Of a DNA stretch of 64,000 bases, positions 18,136 to 26,837 are shown in pieces. The position numbers and the translations under genes were made by a program. Location of the stretch: positions 12,740 through 76,739 of IMG/VR virus record IMGVR_UViG_3300032038_000051, one strand, 5' to 3'. The stretch's first letter is position 1, and every line of letters begins with the position of its first letter. The notes beneath the pieces were generated by a model that ran no database searches, was not told the origin of the DNA, and worked only from the letters and a program-made list of their open reading frames with translations. This DNA is from a virus. Lineage: Duplodnaviria > Heunggongvirae > Uroviricota > Caudoviricetes.

Positions 18136-18828
18136 ATGAGCAAGGACGACTACCCGGAGCCGACGACGGTCCGGGATTTGTGGCTTATGGGCGAGACGTG
18201 CGGGAAGTACCGCAACTGCGTCGAGTACGAGCGCGCCGATGGGGTGCCCGACAACGGCATCGACTACCGCGAGGGCATGGTGGTGTGCCACACGATGAGG
18301 GTCCTGCCCGACGCGTACGCCGACACCGTCGAGGTCGTCGTGCAGAGGGTCGAGGTCGACCACACGTACCCCGACGGCTCCTACTGCCCGCGCGAGGTGA
18401 CGCTGTGGAGGAGGACGTACGGCGGCATCAAGGGGTTCCGCGAGTCGCCGTTCTGGGGCCTGACGTTGGCGTCGTGGGGCACCGCGCGGGCGTCGTGGGA
18501 CACGCGCAAGCTCGACGACCATGACGTCGGCTTCGACGGCGACCGTGGCGGCCTATGGCTCCACTACCTCAAGCACCGCACGGACTGGCTCGGGAACGAC
18601 AAGCTCAGCGGCGAGATAGGGTCGCTCTGCTTCTCGGCACGGCAGGACGGGAGCGTGGCTCTGGCGATCGACGGCAACGAGGTGTTCGACGGCCTCGTGC
18701 AGGACCTGGCGACGGCGCTCGAGGAGTACTTGGAGATGAAGGAGAAGCTGGAAACGCTAAAGGAGCACGGGGTCGACCTCGACGAGGGGACCCTGTCCAT
18801 AAGGCTGTGGGGCGACGGCGATGAGTAG
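18136..18828 (+). CDS. hypothetical protein (230 aa)
   Basis: ORF with GAGGGAGAGG RBS. Confidence 0.55.
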   Translation: MSKDDYPEPTTVRDLWLMGETCGKYRNCVEYERADGVPDNGIDYREGMVVCHTMRVLPDAYADTVEVVVQRVEVDHTYPDGSYCPREVTLWRRTYGGIKGFRESPFWGLTLASWGTARASWDTRKLDDHDVGFDGDRGGLWLHYLKHRTDWLGNDKLSGEIGSLCFSARQDGSVALAIDGNEVFDGLVQDLATALEEYLEMKEKLETLKEHGVDLDEGTLSIRLWGDGDE

Positions 18829-19048
18829 CGGCGCGAGCGTGTCCAGGATGGTGCGCGAGTACCTCGCGAGGAACGGCTACGACGGGCTGTGCAACGCCGT
18901 CGCCGAGTGCGGGTGCACCCTGGACGACCTCTTCCCGTGCTCGGGGCCCAACGTCAAGGAGTGCCGCGCGGCCCACAAGTCCGACTGCATGACGTACGTG
19001 GGAGAGGGCCTCTGCGGCCCCGACCACGCCGAAGGAGATGGTGACTAA
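18821..19048 (+). CDS. hypothetical Cys-rich protein
   Basis: ORF. Confidence 0.45.
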   Translation: MSSGASVSRMVREYLARNGYDGLCNAVAECGCTLDDLFPCSGPNVKECRAAHKSDCMTYVGEGLCGPDHAEGDGD

Positions 19049-19220
19049 TGAATCCACCGATGATGTCGTACTCGACGATGCTGAGCCTAATGAGCATCAT
19101 GCGCGGGGGCGGGACGACGCCCGTTGACTACGCCCGTACGCACAGGAGCAAGAAGCACAAGGCGCGGCGAGGGCACCGGAACCGAAGGCACTACATAAGG
19201 TCGATGGGGAGCCGGTAGCG

Positions 19221-19547
19221 ATGGGCGACATGGCGAACTGCCCGAATTGCGGGGCAGTCGTCCATGACTGCGTCTGCGAGTATTGCGGCACGGTCTTTCC
19301 GAGCTCATTGAGCAGCTTTTGTGGCAAGCCGTGCGTATTGGTCACGATACGCGACGGCAACCTGTTCGCCATGGCCCTTGATGTTCATGCCATAGAGCGA
19401 AACCCACAGACGGATTACTTCACGGACAACATGGAACTCATATGCGTCAACCGTTCGAACGAGGTGACCGTGACGGGGACGTTGGGTGACACGCAGGCGT
19501 TGTTTCGCATCGCGCACGACATAAAGAAACGTTTGGAGGATGCATGA
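19221..19547 (+). CDS. zinc-ribbon protein
   Basis: CPNCG...CEYCG N-terminal ribbon. Confidence 0.5.
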   Translation: MGDMANCPNCGAVVHDCVCEYCGTVFPSSLSSFCGKPCVLVTIRDGNLFAMALDVHAIERNPQTDYFTDNMELICVNRSNEVTVTGTLGDTQALFRIAHDIKKRLEDA

Positions 19548-19646
19548 GCGAACAAACGGCAACCTACCGTCTCCGCGGGCTGTGCTACGCGGACGCCATG
19601 ACAATCGAGGAGTGCATCGGGGCTTACTTCTCAGGGAGGAAGAGGA

Positions 19647-19874
19647 ATGGATAGGGAACCCGCGCTAAAGTCCTGCCCATTCTGCAAAAGCATCGCGGAG
19701 TACGTGATGAACAGCCCGAAGGGTCACCCAACGAGGTGGGCGGCGGCATGCTCGAACACCAGCAACGTGGCAAGAGACGATGGCGACGTCATGTGCAGAT
19801 GCAGGACGCCGTTCGTGAGGAGCAAAGAGCATGCGGCGCAAATCTGGAACAGGAGGGCAGGGGATGAAGGCTAA
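19647..19874 (+). CDS. Lar-family restriction-alleviation protein
   Basis: 75 aa; SCPFCKS...C.C...EHAAQIWNRRA Lar family signature. Confidence 0.6.
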   Translation: MDREPALKSCPFCKSIAEYVMNSPKGHPTRWAAACSNTSNVARDDGDVMCRCRTPFVRSKEHAAQIWNRRAGDEG

Positions 19875-20256
19875 GGAAGAGCAGTTCCCGTTCATACCGG
19901 AGGTGCGCCTTTTCCACGACAAGAAGAAGTGCAGGCGGTTTATGAGGAAGCACTTCGACGGTGAGCGGGAGTTCATGGGCGACGAATTCGCCCAGACGTG
20001 GTACGAGCGCGGCGTGGCCGTGATCCTGTTCCCGTTCGACCGCGATTGGCACGGCGACGCGGCGCTGCTGTGCCACGAGGCGTATCACGCAATCATGCGG
20101 CACTTCGAGTACCTCGGCGAGGACGCGCCGGGAGAGGAGTTCGTCGCCTACGGCATCCAGTCGATAAGCAAGTCCCTGTTCGAGGCCCATGAGAAGTGGA
20201 AGGCGAAGAGGAGAAGGACGAATCTGAGAGGGAGGAAATACCAACATGCTGATTAA
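19864..20256 (+). CDS. small HExxH-motif protein (putative metallopeptidase-like)
   Basis: LLCHEAYHAIM contains an HExxH zinc-binding motif. Confidence 0.45.
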   Translation: MKAKEEQFPFIPEVRLFHDKKKCRRFMRKHFDGEREFMGDEFAQTWYERGVAVILFPFDRDWHGDAALLCHEAYHAIMRHFEYLGEDAPGEEFVAYGIQSISKSLFEAHEKWKAKRRRTNLRGRKYQHAD

Positions 20257-20677
20257 AGTATACGAAGATGGTATCGGCAACTGTCTCGGATTGTTGCACG
20301 TCAACCTCTCGCACGTGACGACGGTATACAAGATTCGCAAGAACGTTAACAGCGAATACACCTACCACGTTCGACTTGACGACGGCAGGGATTACGCCAC
20401 GTGCGAGAGCTGTTACGACCGTATCACACAATGGATGGCTGACCAAGAGGACGCGCGCGACCTCATGCACGCCGTGGCGGTGGGCGCGGGGACGTGTGAG
20501 GTTGAGGTAATTGACACGGGCAACGAGGCCGCATATGAGCACTACGAGTACATCATGCACTGCAAGCACTGCAACCACGAATACGGTTACGTCCAGTACG
20601 ACGAAGACGGCGACACTTGGATGGACGAGCCACCGAACTTCTGCCCAAACTGCGGTGCGAAAGCGTTGAGCGAATGA
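20246..20677 (+). CDS. hypothetical protein with C-terminal zinc ribbon; low-GC gene
   Basis: Visibly lower GC than its neighbours; CKHCNHEYG...FCPNCGAKALSE. Confidence 0.55.
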   Translation: MLIKVYEDGIGNCLGLLHVNLSHVTTVYKIRKNVNSEYTYHVRLDDGRDYATCESCYDRITQWMADQEDARDLMHAVAVGAGTCEVEVIDTGNEAAYEHYEYIMHCKHCNHEYGYVQYDEDGDTWMDEPPNFCPNCGAKALSE

Positions 20678-20910
20678 GCGCAGAGAAGCGCTATCGCTGC
20701 ATAAAGGAGTTCAGCGTTCCCCTTTGCGATGATGACGGTTGCGCCGTCGAGAGTGGCGAGACGATGCCCGTAGAAGTCGGTGAGACGTTCTATCGAAGCG
20801 ACGTGACTTGGATGAATGACGTGCGTCTTGAAGGCGTTGGCGATACCTATGTATGGCTGGAAGTCAGCGAGGAAACGTTCAGAGAGCACTTTGAGGAGGA
20901 AGCCGAATGA
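20674..20910 (+). CDS. hypothetical protein
   Basis: ATGA-coupled ORF. Confidence 0.45.
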   Translation: MSAEKRYRCIKEFSVPLCDDDGCAVESGETMPVEVGETFYRSDVTWMNDVRLEGVGDTYVWLEVSEETFREHFEEEAE

Positions 20911-21125
20911 CCATCTGGGAGACGCTGTTCGGCACGCCGGAACGCACGGCCAAAACGCTTGGCTACGTCGACCAAATCGACGCCTGTGACTTCATGGCAA
21001 GCGTGCGCGAAGCGAAGATCCCGCCTGAAAGGTGCGAAGGATGCCTGTTCGACTATGACCACTATGGCTGCGGGCGGACTGACATGACGCTTGTCGAGTG
21101 GCTGAATCAGGAGATGGGCGAATGA
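20907..21125 (+). CDS. hypothetical protein
   Basis: ORF. Confidence 0.5.
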   Translation: MTIWETLFGTPERTAKTLGYVDQIDACDFMASVREAKIPPERCEGCLFDYDHYGCGRTDMTLVEWLNQEMGE

Positions 21126-21394
21126 CCGAATACGTAGGGTACAAAGACCAGATCGGCGAGGGCCTGTACAACATGGGCCTGACAGAAGAGCGAATCATCA
21201 GGTGCCGCGACTGCCAGTTCGGCCACCAGCACGACTGCAAGCGGTACCCGAAGGACAAGAAGTACATGGGCAAGTGGTACTGCATCGTGTGGGGAGACGG
21301 CATGCAGGGCGAGTGGACGCGTGAGGACGGCTTCTGCCATCGCGGAAAGCCGAGGATGGGAGAGTTGGTTCGGGACGCGAAGGGAGCTTGCTAG
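21122..21394 (+). CDS. hypothetical Cys/His-rich protein
   Basis: ORF. Confidence 0.5.
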   Translation: MTEYVGYKDQIGEGLYNMGLTEERIIRCRDCQFGHQHDCKRYPKDKKYMGKWYCIVWGDGMQGEWTREDGFCHRGKPRMGELVRDAKGAC

Positions 21395-21397
21395 CCA

Positions 21398-21670
21398 ATG
21401 AGCAAGTACGTAATAGAAATAGACGACGGCGACCTCGTCGACGGGTGTGCCCACTGCCCGCTCAACTACGACTACCAATATTGCGTCGCATACCATGGCG
21501 ACTGGTCGGAGGAGCCTGTGTCCAACTCCTCGTTTGAGGGTTGTAAGGAAGGGCGTCCGAAGAATTGCCCGCTGGTACCGCTAAAGACCACGACCAGGGA
21601 CGGAAAGGGCAAGACGAAGTTATGGCCGCTGGGTACCTCTTTGCGAATGCTGTGGATACGCGATAGGTGA
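21398..21670 (+). CDS. zinc-ribbon protein, possibly frameshifted (an alternate-frame tail ends at 21722)
   Basis: CAHCP...C N-terminus; a +1 frame continues as CECCGYAIGDRRYNFCPRCGAEIVGE and ends at a TAG that overlaps the next ATG. Confidence 0.4.
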   Translation: MSKYVIEIDDGDLVDGCAHCPLNYDYQYCVAYHGDWSEEPVSNSSFEGCKEGRPKNCPLVPLKTTTRDGKGKTKLWPLGTSLRMLWIRDR

Positions 21671-21722
21671 CAGGAGATACAACTTCTGCCCCAGATGTGG
21701 CGCGGAGATAGTGGGGGAATAG

Positions 21723-22022
21723 ATGGCTGACGTAATGACCGAAATACTGGCTAGGGTATACGTCCTCTTGGCGTGCCACATGCTCGGGGACTACGCTCTG
21801 CAAAACGACTACATAGCGAAGACGAAGGGAAGCAACCCGTGGCACATGGTCGCCCATTGCGTGCTGTACGCCGTGCCGTTCGCGGTCGTGTTCGGCATCG
21901 ACTGGCGCGTTGGGTGGCTGCTGCTGTCGCACATCATAATCGACGAGCTGAAGGTGCACGGCAAGATCGACTACAAGTCCGACCAGGTGCTGCGCCTGTT
22001 CTTTGCGTTGCTCTATTTTTAG
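21723..22022 (+). CDS. DUF3307-like membrane protein
   Basis: HMLGDYALQ...HMVAHCVLY His-containing TM pattern of DUF3307. Confidence 0.5.
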   Translation: MADVMTEILARVYVLLACHMLGDYALQNDYIAKTKGSNPWHMVAHCVLYAVPFAVVFGIDWRVGWLLLSHIIIDELKVHGKIDYKSDQVLRLFFALLYF

Positions 22023-22102
22023 GGCGAAAAACCTAATTATGACATTTGAAAGTAAATGACTATGAAGATTTGTGACAGTGGAGCACACATGCGAGGTGGG
22101 CA
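22023..22102 (+). promoter_or_regulatory. AT-rich intergenic patch, candidate promoter
   Basis: Sharp local GC drop with TTGAAA / TATGAA-like hexamers upstream of the gene starting at 22103. Confidence 0.3.
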
Positions 22103-22330
22103 ATGAGCCTCATAAAGAGTGGCTCCATGACCTGTGAGTACTGCCACCCGAACGAGGCCGGGAGCCTGAAGTGGCTGCGGGACGAACCCGACAACTGGGC
22201 ATGGCTTGAGGAGTCGAGCGACGAGTGGGGCATCGTGGTTGGCGGCAGCGCGCGATGCTGCGGAACCGATTGCACGTCCGAGCTGTACGTGAAGATAAAG
22301 TGCTGTCCGATGTGCGGAAGGGAGCTGTAA
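22103..22330 (+). CDS. zinc-ribbon protein
   Basis: CEYCHP...CCGTDC...CCPMCGREL. Confidence 0.5.
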   Translation: MSLIKSGSMTCEYCHPNEAGSLKWLRDEPDNWAWLEESSDEWGIVVGGSARCCGTDCTSELYVKIKCCPMCGREL

Positions 22331-22334
22331 GGCT

Positions 22335-22691
22335 ATGTGGAGAGAGCAATCCGAGTGGGAAGAAATCATCAAGACGGCCATCGAGAAGATCGAGCGTGGT
22401 GAAGAGCTCGAAGAAGAGGAGCTTAGGGCGCTCGCCTGCGAGGTCGAATACGCGGATCTGGATGAGATCGAGCATGTGACGGAAATCGAAGGCGAAGACC
22501 ATAGGTGGCAGCGGGAGGTAAGCACCGTCATAAAGGCGCATGGACGATACTGGCGCATTGACTGGATGCGCGCGCTCACAGAGACGTCAGAGGACGAATT
22601 CTGGGACCAGCCTGTGGAGGTAAGGCCAGTAACGCGAACCATACCGGCCCGTGAGGTCGTAGAGTACGAGGCCATATGCGATTCCGAGTAA
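22335..22691 (+). CDS. hypothetical acidic protein
   Basis: ORF. Confidence 0.5.
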   Translation: MWREQSEWEEIIKTAIEKIERGEELEEEELRALACEVEYADLDEIEHVTEIEGEDHRWQREVSTVIKAHGRYWRIDWMRALTETSEDEFWDQPVEVRPVTRTIPAREVVEYEAICDSE

Positions 22692-23068
22692 CCAACATCA
22701 AGCCCGGTTACTGTGAGGTGTGGGCGAACGAGCGCGACGGCGAACGGTATAAGCACTTGGCCGTCGTCCTTCGTGACGAAAGCTCGAACGGCAGGGGCAA
22801 GAGCTGGCACTGGTCTGCAAAACCCGACGAGCCGCCGTTCTACATGCCGTATCGCACCAACGAGTTCGACACACGCCGAGAGTGTGTCAACCACTGCATG
22901 AAGACGGCGCTCGAACGGCTTGTCAAGCGTGCCATCAATCAGCAGCCCGATGAAAGCCGACATTGGCACAGCCCGAGAAACGATGCTTGGTGCACGGTCA
23001 CGGCAAGCAGCCTATTCACGCAAGACGAGCTGAGAGCGATTAAAAAAGAGTTGGTTACCTTCCAGTAA
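22676..23068 (+). CDS. hypothetical protein
   Basis: ORF. Confidence 0.45.
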   Translation: MRFRVTNIKPGYCEVWANERDGERYKHLAVVLRDESSNGRGKSWHWSAKPDEPPFYMPYRTNEFDTRRECVNHCMKTALERLVKRAINQQPDESRHWHSPRNDAWCTVTASSLFTQDELRAIKKELVTFQ

Positions 23069-23085
23069 GGAATTGAGGAGAAGCA

Positions 23086-23421
23086 ATGAGCAAGGCAATG
23101 CAAGCGCTAAAGAACTTTCTCACTGTCTCCCCGAGCGTCGTGTACCCCGACGAGGTTCTGGAGCTTTTGGGGCCAGTGGAGCGTGAAAACGCAAGGCTGC
23201 GGGAGATAGTGAGGGACATGCATAGGGCGTTCTTCAGGCTTGACATTGACCATTGCCAAGCATGCCCACGGGACACCATTAACGGACCGTGCACGAAATA
23301 CCTTGTTGGAGGAAGCGACGAATGCGATTTCGAAGAGGAAATGCGCGAGCTTGGAATCGAGGCAAAAAATGACGCTGGACGAGGCCATAGAGCACGCCAA
23401 AGAGGTAGCGAGGACGTGTGA
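23086..23421 (+). CDS. MRELGI-tail coiled-coil family member 1
   Basis: VERENARLREIV motif and C-terminal MRELGIEAKND. Confidence 0.5.
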   Translation: MSKAMQALKNFLTVSPSVVYPDEVLELLGPVERENARLREIVRDMHRAFFRLDIDHCQACPRDTINGPCTKYLVGGSDECDFEEEMRELGIEAKNDAGRGHRARQRGSEDV

Positions 23422-23728
23422 CGACAAATCTTGCTCCGCCGAGCACGCGCAACTCGCGGAATGGCTGTCATTGCTCAAGGTCTATACGGACACACATATG
23501 GCGGAGGAAGTGCAACGTTCCCGCCACGAGATGCACGGGTGGCAGCTTGAGTGGAAGCGCGAGAAGGAGCGCAGGGAAGAGTTGGAGTCCGAGAACGCAA
23601 GGTTGCGTGAGCTATGTAAAAATCTGTACGACTTTGTATGGTTCGAGGCTCCGACGATCACGGAGCTTAACTTCGCGGTGAACATGGAAGAACTCGGAAT
23701 CGAGATCAAAAATGAAGATGAAGGCTGA
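23369..23728 (+). CDS. MRELGI-tail coiled-coil family member 2
   Basis: ESENARLRELCKNLYDF and C-terminal MEELGIEIKNEDEG; start sits in a CAAAAAATGA junction inside the previous gene's tail. Confidence 0.5.
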   Translation: MTLDEAIEHAKEVARTCDDKSCSAEHAQLAEWLSLLKVYTDTHMAEEVQRSRHEMHGWQLEWKREKERREELESENARLRELCKNLYDFVWFEAPTITELNFAVNMEELGIEIKNEDEG

Positions 23729-24167
23729 GGACGGCAAGCTGTACGCCGAGATTACGCTGCGTGATGTGGTCGAGAAGAACGACGTGAGCGACATGCCGAT
23801 ACTTGCGGAGGTCAAACGGCTGTACGCCGAGAACGACAAGCTGCGAGAGCAGATTCACTGGCTTGAGCGGGGCGACGTCATGCATGTGCTGACTGACCAA
23901 GAGTACATCGACCAGTGCGAGCGCGAGCGTCTGATGCAGGTGAGCATCGACGCGCTTGATACGGAGAACAACAAGCTACGGGAGCTTTTTAGCAAGGTGT
24001 ATGGCTACTACGTGAGCGGCACGCTGACGCCATGTGACTTCTGCGACAAATACTGCTGCGAGGGAGACGCGCCGACAACATGCAAGTCCGACGAGTACGA
24101 CCTAGACGGGGTCGTGGTCGAGGAGGTCGAGCGCCGCATGCGCGAGTTGGGGATTGGGGTGAGCTAG
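23712..24167 (+). CDS. MRELGI-tail coiled-coil family member 3
   Basis: NDKLREQIHWLERGD and ENNKLRELFSKVYGYY repeats; C-terminal MRELGIGVS; Cys cluster CDFCDKYCCEGD. Confidence 0.55.
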   Translation: MKMKAEDGKLYAEITLRDVVEKNDVSDMPILAEVKRLYAENDKLREQIHWLERGDVMHVLTDQEYIDQCERERLMQVSIDALDTENNKLRELFSKVYGYYVSGTLTPCDFCDKYCCEGDAPTTCKSDEYDLDGVVVEEVERRMRELGIGVS

Positions 24168-24569
24168 ATGAATGAAAACGAACGGATAGTGTGCGAGTTT
24201 CTACGCAAAATTGCGCCGCCGCGCGAGTGGGAATACCTTGGCGAAGTCGAGCACTACTGGATTAGCCAACTTTGTGACGAGCTGAACAAGCAGCTCAAGA
24301 CCGAGAACGCCAAGCTGCGGGAGGAGCTTGCCAAATGGGAGCGGCTTGCCGCTGGCATTGACCTGCCCGAGTATCCCGTGACGCAATTCATACCGAAGGA
24401 CTTGGAACGCGAAAACTCAAAGCTGCGGGAACTTGTGGCGGACATGTTGGTGTGCGTAAGCGAGGGGGACTGGGACTGCTCAGACTGCCCTCGATACGCC
24501 AGATGCGACGAGGGCGTAAGTGAGTTCATTGACCGCGCACGCGAACTGGGAGTTGGGGCGGACGTATGA
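24168..24569 (+). CDS. MRELGI-tail coiled-coil family member 4
   Basis: ENAKLREELAKWERL and ENSKLRELVADMLVCV; C-terminal ARELGVGADV; CSDCPRYARCDEG. Confidence 0.55.
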   Translation: MNENERIVCEFLRKIAPPREWEYLGEVEHYWISQLCDELNKQLKTENAKLREELAKWERLAAGIDLPEYPVTQFIPKDLERENSKLRELVADMLVCVSEGDWDCSDCPRYARCDEGVSEFIDRARELGVGADV

Positions 24570-25159
24570 GCGAGCTGTACGAACTAAGGCCCGCGTGCGA
24601 GGGCATGAGCAGGTCGGAGATTACCGACCTGTTGGACAGGGAGCTCGTCCGTCTCAGGCTTACCAAGAAGAACGCTTATGGCTACTGGGCGCACGAGGTA
24701 TGGCTTGACCGGTACAAGGAGAAGGGCGAGGCCAAGAGGGTGGACTTCGTGGATTTCGTGCCGAAGGGCGGGCCGATGTACAGCGACGGCCCGCACGTCG
24801 AGCATGGGACGTTCACTTTCTACGAGGTCAAGTCATGCATGGCAGACCTCAAGAGCGGCCACGGGCTTACCTTCGAGGGTGACGAGAACTTCCTCGTCAT
24901 GCCAGTGGAGTTGTACGAGCCATACCTAAAGGAGAGCATGAAGGACGAGCACCTTCGCCAGAGTACGCGATACGCGCGATGCCTTCTTTACGGCACCGGG
25001 AGGAGCGGCAAACCGACGTTCTGGGAGCAGCCTAAGAAGCTTGAAAACGACTGGTACTGCCGCAAGAGAAGCGCGTCAGAGCTGCTCTTCTGCCTGATGC
25101 GCGCGATGATAGCCAACAGCGACCACTCAAGCGTTGAGCACCCAGTGAAAAGGATGTAG
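24566..25159 (+). CDS. putative PD-(D/E)XK nuclease (MmcB-like)
   Basis: RVDFVDFVP (Asp) ... FTFYEVKSC (E-x-K) arrangement. Confidence 0.4.
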   Translation: MSELYELRPACEGMSRSEITDLLDRELVRLRLTKKNAYGYWAHEVWLDRYKEKGEAKRVDFVDFVPKGGPMYSDGPHVEHGTFTFYEVKSCMADLKSGHGLTFEGDENFLVMPVELYEPYLKESMKDEHLRQSTRYARCLLYGTGRSGKPTFWEQPKKLENDWYCRKRSASELLFCLMRAMIANSDHSSVEHPVKRM

Positions 25160-25331
25160 GCATGTGCAGCAAAGACCCAGATCGAAGGTGCGACGGCAGA
25201 TTCAGTAGGTCGTCGGACCTGTCTTCGGGGGTGGTCCCGCTTTACTACTGTCCGTCGGTGAACCGCTCCATCTATATGGAGAGGGGCGCGATGTTCTGTC
25301 CCCTTTGCGGTGGAAGAATCGAGGCGTCAGA

Positions 25332-25754
25332 ATGAGGCCGTCAATAACCGGGGAACTGCGCGAATGCGCGTCACGCCTTGAGCGCGGCGGCATGGATCGC
25401 GGTGTCATAGACGCGCTGCGAAGCATCGCGGACAACATCGACCTCGAGCACTCGAGGCGCATGGACCAACAGGCATGCGACATACGCGAGGCGACATGCA
25501 AGTATTTCGGAGGCGTGGTCAATGACTACCGCCACGGAATCAAGAGGACTGGCGCGCGAAAGGGGAACGCGGAGCTTCGGAAGAGCCTGAGTGGCATGGT
25601 CGTTGGCACATATGCCGAGCTGTGCACGGAGAGGGACAGGACGCAATGCAGGAAGTGCTCCATGCGCGGTGAGTCCGACGACGATTGCGAGCCTGCAAGA
25701 GCCATGAGACTGCTTGGCATCGACATGTATGGGGAAGAGGTTCGGTATGACTGA
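25332..25754 (+). CDS. hypothetical protein (paralog of 27698..28003)
   Basis: C-terminal TQCRKCSMRGESDDDCEPARAMRLLGIDMYGEEVRYD parallels ETCTRCSMNNADHNGCLVTVAMRSLGIDEHGKDVTYE. Confidence 0.5.
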   Translation: MRPSITGELRECASRLERGGMDRGVIDALRSIADNIDLEHSRRMDQQACDIREATCKYFGGVVNDYRHGIKRTGARKGNAELRKSLSGMVVGTYAELCTERDRTQCRKCSMRGESDDDCEPARAMRLLGIDMYGEEVRYD

Positions 25755-26139
25755 CAGTCAAGATACGACCACGATAACCGTGCGCACGTTTCTCATCGGA
25801 ACGGACAAGGAAGCGGCACTCAAATCGCTGGAGGAGGCTTCTGAGGTCTACGGATCATGGCAGGATTGGGAAGCATGCGCCCCATACGCCCCGCCAGACC
25901 CGTGTCGCGAGGCCGGCTATCCGCAGCAATATGAGTGTGACCGCAAGGGGGAGTGCGACACGCTCTGCATTCGGACTCCGGTGAATTGCGGCTCCAGAAT
26001 CCTCGCCGACGAGATAGCAGATTGCATACAGGCGTGCTGCAACCTCGCGGCGCGCTACCACATCGACCTGCAAGCGGCCATGGACCGCTGCTACGAGCGC
26101 AACCGCGCAAGAGGGAGGATTCAAGATGGCGAGGAATAA
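25747..26139 (+). CDS. protein with MazG-like C-terminal helical segment
   Basis: IADCIQACCNLAARYHIDLQAAMDRCYERNRARG resembles the MazG/NTP-pyrophosphohydrolase helical pair; weak. Confidence 0.35.
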   Translation: MTDSQDTTTITVRTFLIGTDKEAALKSLEEASEVYGSWQDWEACAPYAPPDPCREAGYPQQYECDRKGECDTLCIRTPVNCGSRILADEIADCIQACCNLAARYHIDLQAAMDRCYERNRARGRIQDGEE

Positions 26140-26353
26140 GACTTACACGTGCGACCGCTGCGGCGCGCAGTTCGACGAAACGGACGGGTTCTCGCTTAGG
26201 CTCTACCACAAGTCACATGCACGTCGCGAATGGCACAAGTACGAAGCCGCGACTCTCGACTTCGACCTGTGCGAAAGCTGCGCGGGTGCCATAGCGGACG
26301 GAGTGAGGGACGTGGCTATGCACCGTGCGGCGGAGAAAGAGGTGACGGCATGA
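26126..26353 (+). CDS. zinc-ribbon protein
   Basis: CDRCGAQF...CESCAGAI. Confidence 0.45.
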   Translation: MARNKTYTCDRCGAQFDETDGFSLRLYHKSHARREWHKYEAATLDFDLCESCAGAIADGVRDVAMHRAAEKEVTA

Positions 26354-26604
26354 TAACGGAATGGAACATGATGCGCGACTCGGAGCCGCAACCCGGCGAG
26401 GGGAGGTTCCTGGTCATGGGCGTGAAGGGCGGCCTCTACATCGCCAAGGAGTACATGGACGACAGCGCCATCTGCGCCATCTTCGGTCGCTGCTTCCGCA
26501 CCTACAACGGGAACTACGTCGAGGCGGACAAGGTCGTGGCGTGGGCGGAGGTGCCGACGCTGGACGAGCTCATGTCCACGCGAGAACGGGGAGGTAAACG
26601 ATGA
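26350..26604 (+). CDS. hypothetical protein
   Basis: ATGA-coupled ORF. Confidence 0.45.
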   Translation: MITEWNMMRDSEPQPGEGRFLVMGVKGGLYIAKEYMDDSAICAIFGRCFRTYNGNYVEADKVVAWAEVPTLDELMSTRERGGKR

Positions 26605-26837
26605 ACAGAAACGCGAACACGTTGGCGTCCGTCGCCGACGACATATTCCACATGAACGGCGGGATCATGTCGCAGGAAGACTACTACCGCCTGTACGGCC
26701 TGGCCTCCGACATAGACACGGTCGAGGACGAGCGCCTGAGACTGCTCGAGCTGGCCGGCGAGATGTACGAGGACCAGGTGCCGGACGAGGAGCGGTGGAG
26801 GTACCGCGACCGGCTGCGCGAGCTGGGGGCGATCTGA
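26601..26837 (+). CDS. hypothetical protein
   Basis: ORF. Confidence 0.5.
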   Translation: MNRNANTLASVADDIFHMNGGIMSQEDYYRLYGLASDIDTVEDERLRLLELAGEMYEDQVPDEERWRYRDRLRELGAI

